Positions 47,201 through 59,200 of a stretch of 64,000 nt of DNA are shown in pieces. The notes under the pieces are model-generated. The model saw only the letters and a program-made list of their open reading frames with translations. It did not search any database and was not told where the DNA came from. Each line of letters starts with the position of its first letter. Position 1 is the first letter of the stretch. Made by a program: the position numbers and the translations under genes. The stretch lies in assembly GCA_964270895.1 (NCBI GenBank), contig OZ185448.1; one strand, 5' to 3'. The DNA is from Podarcis filfolensis (taxonomy: Eukaryota).

Positions 47201-50200
47201 AATCCTCAAACTCAAACATATTTCTCCACCACCGTCTACTAATCCGGCATGTTTATATCAGGACAACAGAACCTTGGGGTCAGGCTTTCGGTGAACTCAA
47301 TGGAGTGAAGACCGCAAATAGGCAATTCTTCTAACCACCTGGAGTTCCTGCTACACCTCACATCAAAAAGCAGGTGTTTGAAGTAACAATGGCATGGATC
47401 TAAACTCTGAAGGACAGTGAGAGTAAAGTTCACACTCCCCACTTACCAGGGTCGAAAAGGCATGCGTTGGCAGGAGCTCCATTACTTTGGCCACTACTTC
47501 CAAGCTCTGGCGCAGGTACCGCTGCCACTCTGTCTGTTGCTGTGAGAAAGAAATACCATGATCAGCTGTTTTATTTGCCTTTGCACCAGGGCTGCTGGAA
47601 CGGATTTTCCACAAGTAGAAAAATGAGGCGACAGAATGCTAAGTGGTTAGAGTGGGCAATTCCAGTTCATGCTATGGGTGAAGAAATGCCATTTTGGATT
47701 ACTCTGACAACTTAAAAACAAATCTGCAAGTAAAAATTTAAAAAAACCTGGCACACCTGCAAAAAAGGTTCATAACCTCCACACCACACTTCCCAGGATT
47801 GTAATCATAAGGCACAAGACATTGGAGGTGGTGAAAAGTCCTGTTAGCCTCAAAGATTTCAGCTATGCTATTCTGCACATGCCTTCAGATTCCATAATAT
47901 GCAATGGAAGCATCATGTTTTCTACTTTTTACTTTCACAGTTATTACAATTCTAAAGTCTACAGTCTTCTGCTTCTTACATCATCATCCAGCGTCTCGTC
48001 ATCCAGCTCTTCCAACTGGGCCTGGTTGTACCTGAACTGTATCCGATTTAATACTTCTGTCAGCAGCAGAACCAGGGCATCTTCGTACCTGGGAAAGAGC
48101 AAAAGGAAAACCCCAATCAAATTTGGAACTATTATTATGGAAGGAAATGGTAGTCCATGGGAAGCTATACCAACATTACTTAAACTTAAAGAGAAAAAGG
48201 CATGGCACGCATCTGACATGAGACATCTGAAAAAAATGGTTTATTTGTTTTTTTTAAAAGGGTTGCAAAATAATAGTAATGATGGGGTGATGTTCAGCTA
48301 AGTTTTACTCAGAGTAGAGCTATTAAAATTAATGGAACTAAGTTATAACCACTAATACCAATGAGTCCACTTTGAGCTAGACCTAGTTGAATTCTGTTCA
48401 TTCCAGTAGAGTTGACAATATATGGAAAATGAGTTTTAGTATCATTCGGTCTGACACCACATCCTTATTCAAGATAAGTCATTGCTAAACGAAGCACGAG
48501 AGAGGAAGTTCTCACTAAGGCCTTGGCAGAAAGCAACGTTTCATTTAAATAAGAGCACAATTGAGCTACTCAGAAAGGAATTCCATTATGCATAATCAAA
48601 TCTGATTGCTAAGTGTGTACATACCCTGGTGCTGCCTCCCCTAACCAGCTGTGCTCCAGATGTTTCCAGGCCAGCCACAATGGCCAAGAGTCAGAGATGA
48701 TGGGAGTTTTAGCCCATCAGCATCTGGGCCGTACTAGGGTGGGCAAGCTGCCCCAATATATCATCTGTTCATTTTCTCTGTCTTTATTCTTCTGCACACA
48801 CTCTTCATGCTTCTGATACCATCTTGAAGTCTAAGATTCACTGTGCTACCTCCATATACATTGTTTCTCTCTTTTATTTGTCATTCTAATTTCCATTTCA
48901 AATCCAGGCTACACTTCCACACCTGTTTTCCACAAGGCTAGTTCAACCTGCACAGTCACAGGCCTGGGCACTTTTAAAAGGGTAAGAGAAAGCATGTGCA
49001 CACACCCCCCCCTTTAAGAAAGGAGTAATATGGAGTGAAAGTTGGCTTGTATATTCCGGGGGGGAGAGAATCTATGTTTTTAGGTCAAACTCCAGTTGCG
49101 AGTGTGCAATGCTGCTGGTTTGAATTTCAAAACAATAGTGTTCCCTGTAACTTGAGATTTATCTACAATACTGATGCACCATACTCACATCAGATATTTA
49201 TCACCTTGAGATGTTTAGCTTTTCTTGTTAAAAACAAGCAAAACTTTAGTCCTTGAGGGCTTCAAAGATATGCTTGGAAAGTGTGTCAATGAAATCTCAA
49301 GAGGCAGAAGTTGAACTGGATTATTAGTTTCCTAACAATGCTCTCCACTCTTCCCCACGGCCAGAATATGTTATGCAAATAAATACTATGAAAATTGGTT
49401 TGACTTGCTTAACTTATACAGGTTGCAGAAGTCTGCTTTTCCTAGTGCAGGACCCAAATACAGATATACATTCTATATTTTTAAACGCCCAGAACCCCAA
49501 TCATGCACAAGGAATTGATGCCCTTTCCTACAAAACCGCAAATACCGTTACAACATTTCCAGGTATGGCTTCATTTTTAAGACTGCCCTTCTTAGAAATG
49601 TGGTGTTTACTGCCTGAACAAATGCAGAACTCAGCCTATTTTCTCACGAAGCTCCCCAATTGCAAAACAAAAAGAAAGAAGCCACACACCGCTGAGTGAC
49701 ATCAGCCCCAGCAGTGACATAGCAAGTTGCAGGAAGTACTTGCTGTCCCACTATTCTTTCGTAAGAAAAATGCATTGAGAAAAAGCTCCCTCCAGCATAT
49801 GCAAAAGACAAGTGAGCAAGCTAAAAATGTATTTCTCCCACCCCCACCTGCTTTGAAGGAGTCTGTCGACAGCTTATCTTACACGCTCTCATGCTCTTCT
49901 CAGCGTGGTGAGAAATGAACTACAGAAGGAGAGATCCTGTGGTTATTTGAACATGCAGTCTGGGGAGATTTAAACCCCAAGATCCTATATTCGAACCAAC
50001 ATTTCCCTTTTGGGTCATTTGTTTCCTCCTCCACTGAGGGGACTGAGCATGCAAACCCAAGGTGTGCTCCCAAATCCCTTCCTGCAGACCATTTCAAGGG
50101 ACAAACAACTACATTGAATGAGCTCTCTATCTTAAGCACGCGGAGAGTCTGAGCAAGGAATAGGGTCAGGCCAGGATGTCAATTGAACTGGGAGGCTGGT

Positions 50201-53200
50201 AGGAGCACCCAGACTAGCTGATTTGTACACGAGGCTCTGCTTGGAAGAGGCGTAAACTACAACGGACAGGAAGCCTCAAATGCTGTTCCTGTGGTGTAAG
50301 TAAGCTTACGCTTATAGGTAAACACTTCCTGTCCCTATGAAAGCTCTACAACTTCCTGTCCCTATGACAGCTGTAAGAGTTGCATTAAAAAGAAACACAT
50401 CCAGAAATAATGATGCAACTTCCCTCTTCTTGCATTCTTACAAGTAGCAAATGAAGGTTTGGAACTCCCTCTGTGAGCAACTAATCCTTTCTGGCTGCCA
50501 ATCTCCTTAATCCAAGCCAGTGAGACTTGGGCTGAAACTGTTAAGGAGTGTTTCTTCCCACTATATTAGGTCTGCATGCGCAGCTGTACAAAGCAGCAAA
50601 ATGGATTACCCCTTTTCATATAGAATGGGACGGGAGGAGGGGTGTTACTTTTTCTGAATGCACCTATGTGGGGGGAAAGGTCTAAAACTAGAAAGCTAGT
50701 CTGAGACAGAACTAATATTCCTTGAATGCTAGTTTGATTTTTAACTTTATGGTGCTTTAAAACAATAACAACTTATATATGTGGGAGAGTATTCAAAATA
50801 CGCCCCCCCCCCAACCTACAGTGATGTGACATGGTACAGTCCATTCTGGAACATCATTCTGCTGCAAGTTTGGTAGATCAGGCTTTCCTTTCTAGCTTAG
50901 AAACATATCTGAAGGCAAGCTTCTCTCCACTGTGCCCAGTGCAGTGCACCCAAATGGACTCTGTGAGAACAACAGCAAGGAAAAATAAAGCTGGCCTTTT
51001 CTGCTGCAATCCTGAATGCCTCTGCGCAGAGCAAGAGCAGCCAGAGGATTATATCCCAAGTTGCTAGAAAAAGGACAAGCCTTTTTTTTAAAAAAACCAC
51101 ACCCTTTGTAGCCTTCAAAATGATGTCCAGTGAAGGAAGGAAGCAGCAGGAAAAGCTGTGATACAAATGAGCAAGGGATCTTCCACTGCGCTGCTCATCT
51201 TGCTTACCTGTTGAGAACTGCTTCTTTATCTGCCAGACGACTCTTTATCTTACTGGTTAAGTAGTCCAAGAAGAGAGTCCAGATGTCTAAGCAGGAGAAG
51301 TAACCTTCATGGGTAGGCTGAAACACGGAAGTCAACAGACAATTTTTAACAGCAGAACAAACTGGATATAGAGAGAGAATTGTAATAGCCACTTGATAGA
51401 CAATGGAGCTTCTCTTCCTTGCCTTCCTCCTAATGTCACCTTAGACCACATTCACACCATACATTAAAAGCAGAATCATACCACTTTAAACAGTCATGGC
51501 TTCCCCAAAGAATTCTGTGAACTAGTTAAGGGTGCTGGGAATTGTTTGGAGACTCCTATTCCCCTGCCAGAGCTACAATTCCCAGAGTTCCCTGGAAGAG
51601 GAATTGATTGTTAAACCACCCTGATAGGTTTTTAGGTCCCAATTTTGTTAGGTCTTTTCATTCTTATTTTCATGACCAGTTGCTCTGAGAACCCCTTGGG
51701 GTTTGAAGAGAGAGTAATGCAAATGTTCTTTTTTTATTTAGGTTCTGTTTTAATTATCTTACTGTACCCTGGAGCTGGAAAACAACAACAACAATGCAGA
51801 GACAAAAGAAGATACGCAAACACCATATCTTGGCACAGAAGCATCTCATTCTGCACTCCTTATCTTTGAACAAGCCTGAGAGATTCAAATGCTTGTATCC
51901 TGCATTTGAAAGAAAAGCTGGTCCAAATAAAAGGTACATTTTTAAATCAAAACTAAATACTGCCTCATTTGCTCATTGGCTCCGTATTTTTGTTTTCCTG
52001 GAAACCAAAACAGCTACTGAGATTTGATCTCAGTCAAGACCTCTGTGTTGTGTGGTACCCAATATAATATTTCCAGGCATGCCAGGAAATCACTGAAATA
52101 TACATCCAGGGCTTTCAGCGGTCAATCTGGAGACCAGGATTGCTGCTATTTTGCAACACAAGAGTAACATTTTAATTCGAATGCAGTAAAAACCTGACAG
52201 AATGTTTTCATGTGAAACCTTATAGGATAATCAACTCTAAACAAAGCTGTATTAAGGAGAAGAGACATGCCAGTGTTGTACCTGATGAAACGTGTACTTG
52301 AACAGCAATGCAAGGAATTCAACCACGGGAAACTGGGAGTAAGACTCAATCCTCCTCAAGTGGACACTCACAAAGAGGCGCAGAAAGTCAGTAAACTTCT
52401 CTATGTAACTACAAGGGAAAGACGAGAGAAAACCTGATCAAGTCAACCTGAATACTGACAGAAGCAACAGCAGCACTGAAACATTTAAATTTACTTCATA
52501 CCTTTTTCATTAAACAACGCATTTTGCAGCCATTTTAAAAACAAATTAAATCCCTACAGAAATTACCTACACGGCGGGAAACCCTTCATTCCATTATTAC
52601 CTGAAACATAGCAAGAAAGAGATTCTCTCGTCAACGGCAACTTTGGCTTTTGTCAAAATACCAACTCAAACCTTCTGCTAAGAAATCCCATTATGTATTT
52701 CACTGTCACCTATGTTAGCTGAAACATAGTTGTGCATCTCAAGCCACAGCCTGCTATGCCACATAGCATGCCAATTTTGAAACCAGAAGGACTTTCAGAG
52801 CTGGCCTTGATAGGGAATGATGGATGGGGGAAAGGGGTGGTGCTTTTGAAAACCAAATGATCCCAGTGGATCCATCTATAGCACAACTAATGTCTTCTAC
52901 TATTAAGGTATTGATTTATGAAAGAACACAAGGCTTTGGCAGGGAAGAACAAAGCTGTTCTCCTCCCCAAAAACTTTATAGTCCAGGGATTCCTGCTCCC
53001 GCTGGCCCTGGTAGCTAGGGTTGATGGGAGTTGGAGGGCTGCTGGTGCCCCATCACTGTTCAAGTCAGGTCCCCACCTGAAGGCAGAACAATCACACAGC
53101 TGCAAAACCCTCCAGTTCTTGGGGGAGCGGAAGCTTATTAAAAGAACATTGCAAAACAGAGATACACACTCAAGTTTTTCCCCCCTAGCCACAGAACTTG

Positions 53201-56200
53201 AGAGTTCCTTCGTACACAGCACACACTGAGACCCTGGACAACTTTACTGGTTGTCTTAACGTCTTCTGTTTTGTACCTTAAGTGCCTCTGAAAGAGAGAC
53301 AAAATTATAATAATTGTTATTTGCCGAACATTTCTTTCACACGCTCAGCTTGCTTTGTGTCGATTATCCTGGTGATCCTTAGATCAGCCCCAAAATATAG
53401 ACCAGTACTGTGACCCTCCAAGTATCAGATGTGAGGGAAATGGATTCCTTCAGGCCACCAAGAGAATTCAAACTTAGAATCATCATTTTAACTCAGAAAG
53501 GCCAATTCACAGCAGCTCTCTATACCAGGATTGGGCAAAGTCTGACCTGCTTCTGAAATATAGCGTGCTAGGTGGTGGTAGTGTTAAGAAGAAATGGGCA
53601 GGTAGACTTTTATGTAGTGAATGAGGAAAAAGTAGGCCAGAAAGTCACAATAGGAAGACTTTCCTCCCAAATACGAAGGAATTTTGAGAGGCCTGCTCAC
53701 ATTTGATTTGCTGCTCACAAATTTAATACTCAGTTCAGTTAATCCTCATTTTAAAAAAAGAACAGCACAGCATGGTTACTGGTGACATGCAGGAGCTAGA
53801 AGATGTTTTACATAATATGCCCTCTCCTTTGAAGCAGAAGTGTCTACTAGGAAAGAAGGAAGATATTAGGTAAATGATTGAGGTGAGTGGGTGTAGAAAA
53901 AACTGGGAATTGGATAAGGTATGTCTAGGCTGGATGCCTTCCAGGTGCTCAAAGTCTAAGAAAAGTCAGACTAGTGCTGACTTATAACTCCACTACTTCT
54001 TGTTTTTGAAGTTAGCCTTCCAGGAACATTCATTTGTAGAAACAAATGATATTGTCAGTTGCACCAACAGATCCCTTGAATCCCTGTCTGGCAGCAATTT
54101 GAAGCACAAGGAGTGCTGAATCCTATAACCATCTCTGCCAGTATCTACTTCAGCAGCTCCTCTAGAAAGCCAAGGTACTTTTGCTTTATTGTCAAAAGTC
54201 ATTGACAAAAGCAGCCCAAAGTTTTCTCAGTACATTTCTGTTTTAAAAACAAACTAACTCGACTTCCCTAAGGGCAGATCCCACAGCATACATTTAATAC
54301 ACATTCAGCACTCATCTAAAACACATGGCTTTACCCAAAGGATCCTGGGAACTGCAGTTTGTTAAGGGAAACGGGAAGTGCAGCTCTCCAAGGAGAAAAC
54401 TAGTTCCCAGAATTCTTTGGGGGGAGTCTAGTGCTTTAAATGTGCATTGAATGTGCTTTAAATGTATAGTGTGGATGTGACCCAAGGTTACTAGTGTCTT
54501 GTTTAAAAACAGTACAAGTAAATCTATGTATATTTAAAGGAACAGGAAAACAAACCGACTTCTTTTGCATAGTTGGTTCAACAGCACAAGCCACTGCAGC
54601 TCTCCTAAGTTCCTTTAAAATCTCTAATGGTTCTGCGTGATTTCATGCCTACAATTAGCATCCCCATCTGCTTGGAATTTGACAGAAGAGGCCAGATAGA
54701 AAAGGAAGACCCTTTTACCTCACTATGTCTCTTTGGCTGCTTTCAGCAACAACTGAATGAAGGCAAATTCAGATCTTGTACAACCTCAGACCTGCAGCCA
54801 AACTGTAATGAACGGGGGGGAGGGGGGAGGAAGAAGGAATACAAACACCGCAGTCGCTTTGCAACGTCAGCCTCCCACAGCCAACGTACCTGGTCACACC
54901 TACCTGCCCACCCTTCCTTCTTCATCACGGGACTCTGAAAAAAGGTGATTAGACACACCATGCATGACAAGAAGTCAGTAAAGACCGTCTTGCAGTAAAC
55001 AGAAAAGATCAACAATATCGATTTGTCTGGGCTGGCTCTCCCTTACCTCTCGTCCAGTTCCTCCAGCCGACTCTTCACCGTATGGGCATTGTTCTCCTTG
55101 GTGATCTTCTGCAAGAGGTAAAACGTCTGCTGGAACATCCGCAGCAAGTACTCCTCAAACTCCACAGGCACACAGTTCTTTGACATCAGTTCATTGATGC
55201 AAGACATGGCAAGCACCCCAAGCCGGCCACGTTCTTGATTCAAGACAGAGTTCTGGCTGCTGCCATTGAGGGAGGACATCTTCCTGGTTCGGGTGTCGCA
55301 GCCAAAGCGGGCAAAATGGAATATGGTGGTGAGAAGGGAAGGGGTGATGCTCGTAGACAGAGGGATCCAGCTGAAGAGGTGGGCTAGGCACTCCAATGCC
55401 AGGGAACAAATGTACTCGCTCTCTGTGTCAAGGACGGGGATTGGCTGGTTCAATAGTTTGGCTGTGCTGGGACTCTGCAACAAGCTACTTAAAAGGTCAC
55501 CTGGGGAAGGGAAGATCAAAACCAAGTCTACTTTGCAGAATTCACATGGATCAGAACCAAGCTCTTTTTGGTGCAGAACTTTTGGCCATTTTGGCACACA
55601 AACCAGGAAATACAGATCTGGTAAACTGTGGTCAGGATCTACCACCACCTACTATATTTTTATCCCATCCTTCCTCCATGGAGCTCATGGTGACATTTTA
55701 CAAATATATATGTTTGACACACCCACACCCACCCACCAATCACACATGTATAAAATTGGAAAAGTATTCTTCAACAACAAGCTAGTGTAGAGAAATGATA
55801 AATGGAAACATCAGCATTATCATTAATACTTCTCTCCCTTGAAATTGTTATAGGACAACCCTGTCCTTTATTCTAACAGACTTGTTTTTGCCTCCAGCCG
55901 CATCCCTGTGGGGCAGGTGAAACAAAGGGATAGTAGCTGGTCCAAGATCACACAATGAGCTTCACTGATCACAGCAAGCCAGTCTCCCAACATTCATATA
56001 GCAAACTTGACTGTTCAAAGGAGTTCACATATTTTCTCTTGGTGATCCTAACAACACTAAACTAGACCAGTATTAGCATTCCTAAATTTCAGAATACGTG
56101 TGGGTGGTGGTGGGGTTGCGTAACATCCAGCTAGTCAAGGTTCTAGTTGAGGCAAAATTTGAATCAGGGACATCTCAACTCCCCGCTCACATTTTTAGAC

Positions 56201-59200
56201 GCTATGTTTTATCATTTCTGACTTTCCACCCACTATTTCACAGACTGAAGTCTCAGCTGTAGCTTACAGCAAGCTGCTCAGAAGCATGTATGTGCCGAGG
56301 ATCAGACTGAGGTTCCCAAACTTCCCAGTGTTTTTCAATCTTCATGACATTTGGCAGTCCACAGCTACACACTGAAGTCCCTTGATTAAGAATCTTTTTC
56401 CAGGTGCATACATTCTGAGCATCCATTCCCTTTTTCTGTTTGAAAGTTATGCTGAGGTTTAACTAAGTACGCAGGGAAGCCTACTGAGCTTCTCCCCATT
56501 TAAATCATGCATTAGTCTGGACTGAATTTATTCAGCAAGATTAGGTTTTTTTAGTTACATCAACTAAGTTGTACTACTCCTCTCATTTTTTTGAAGTGAG
56601 CAAGTATAAACTGCCATATTCTGGCACACACTCATAAGCATTATGAGTGGCACATCTGCCAAGAATGAGATGAATGAATGTATGTCATCAGAAGGGTTTA
56701 TTACAACATTGCCCAAGCAGCCAGAGTGCCACTGCAGCGTGGCTCCTTGCCACATTGTTGGGTAAGTGTCAGAAGCCCTGGATCATAAGAAAGGAATTAA
56801 CAATAAGGTTCCTTTCCAGCCAGGAACTAGGGCAATGATTGCACACCATGGACACTTCTCAATATGGTCCACAGTATAAAAAGGTGTTGTACTGCAGCAG
56901 CTCCCCTACAGCTTGAGAAATGAATTTCTTTTCTATATTGGACAACACCTCATAGTTCTTCCCACGTAGCTAGGTCTTAATCCACAGTTTAAAAATCATT
57001 AATGATTAGTTCAAACCTTACCACTTTCTCCCGAAGTTGGAGATGGTGGTGGAGTGGCAGCAGTGACACTGTACTTATCCCAGATGCTTTCCAAAATACC
57101 TATCAGAAAAGAAGAGCAAAATCCCCAGCAATTGCATGAGAGTTCCCATTATACCACATTAAGTAACAGTTTCATGTAAACTAAGGCTGCTCCTGCACCC
57201 AGGGAAAGCATTGTTCCAAGCCTGACAGAGGAACTCAGTACATGCCTTGCAGCAGAGAGCTCCATTATCGTTTGCTAAACGAGAATTAATAGTTCTGCTG
57301 TATTCTTATGTCAGAGGAAGTTATGACCTTTGTCTCATATTTTGTACTGCTTTAATACAAGGGTGCTGCCCCCTCCACCACCACATGTCTGTCATTTCCA
57401 CTAACCTGTGAGAAGCCCAAGGACAGTCTGAACCTGCTCCAGGAGCAGTTTGCGCAACTCTTCCTTCCTTGCTATGCTGAGGTCCTCCCGGGGGCATGCC
57501 AACTCTTCCGATGTTGTCTTCAGCATGATCAGCCCAAGTGGAGTTGTCGCAGGGGATTGGATCAACTGTTAGGAAAGTCAGGTTTAAGTATTGGCAGACA
57601 ACAGCTTCTTTGAATTTGGTAGATGAACTACAGTGTTCTAAAGAGGGGGGCAATAAATTTAGCCTTAGAATGCAGACATCTTATCTCTACAGTGTTTTTG
57701 AACAGGAAAGCTTCTACATGCCATCTTCTAGTCCCAAAGACATCAGTGGAAAGACAAAGTGGAAAAGGCAGAGCTATATATTCGTTGTAGTAAACAGAAG
57801 GGCAAAAATTACCTGGAATATTGAATGAGAGAGAAAAGAAAGCAAAAAAATATATGGTACCAGCATGATACAGGAATTGGTCCTCCAGAGATGCACTCTG
57901 TTGTAACATGTTAAGTGGCACCAATAATAAGACTTTTTTGCTTGGGGGACATCCATTATGTGTAATGGCTACACAAAGCTGACAGACAGACACTGGCAAG
58001 ACTGTTCACACATAACACAATACCTGCATTTCCTAGCATGGAGATGAATAAGCAATGTGTGAAGCCAGTCTAAGCAATAGTACAGATTTTTAATAATTTA
58101 CTTGAAAATGCTAGCTCCCTGTGATATGGCAATTCTAATAAAACAATGTGCATTTATAAAATGCTGTTTTCTGAGGACAGTATATATCACATAATTCTAA
58201 CAGTAACTTTGAAAGGTAGACTAGTTTATTATATGCATATTACAGATAGCATGCTGAAGTAGAGAGATGGTGAGATTATTCAAATAAGAGCATGGCTAAA
58301 CGAAAATTTTAGCTATGGCACTTGGGTTCATAGCATGCTCTCTTATACTAGAACTAAAAATTAGCAGATTTTAGACAGCTGTGTTACTGAAGATGATATA
58401 TTTATGTAAGACAAGCTAGGCTTTAACAAAATGAAAGGATTTTTAGGAAACACATCACAATTTTATCCTTTGGTTTCCCTTCAACAAGAAAACCGAAAAT
58501 GTACTAACATATTAGGCCATCATTCCCTCTCTCAAATTTTTCATTTGGACATGCTCAAGAAAGCCAACTTCAGTCAAGGATTTTTAAAGGACTGCCTTAC
58601 CTGTAAGATGTTTGTAAAGAAGTCATGGTAGAACATTGGCCAGTCTTGCCGGCCAATATCCACAATGACTTTGCAAAGTTTGTTCCTAATGAAGTAAGGC
58701 AGAGTTTTGTGGTGAGTCAAAAGAAGCTTGGGCAGGCAGCTGCGAATCTCCATTTTATCTTGTGATGGAACCCCAAGCCACATCTTGTTAATCAGGTTCT
58801 GTGGGAAGAACAAAAGAAAGTGAGATGTCATTTTGTACTAAACTTGGAATCTTTGAAATATCTTGCTTACGGCTACTGTTAAGAGCTGACAGTCATGATA
58901 TTAAACCTAGAGGGCATAATACCAAATCTAGGAAAATGCTGACTATCTGGAAATCTGCTTCAGAATATTTACTTAGTAATGGAATAAAACAGTAAAATAT
59001 TTGCTGACAATTGAACGATGTATTCCCAACTAGTAAAGAGGGGAAATCGTAACCCTACTAATTAGCACCTAAAGCATGTCCCTGTTCATGGCCAGAGCAG
59101 AAAATATTTAACCTTTCAAGACAGCTAACAAAAAACAAGGGATATATTTAATGGTGATCATTAATACTAAGGTTAGACTGAAATCCTTGGGAATTATCTC

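Noticed and set aside
49848-49959. Possible 112-nt stop-containing cassette exon in XPO6 intron 9
   Set aside because: The pyrimidine tract is short, the donor gtgggg is weak and I see no other support; compatible with chance.
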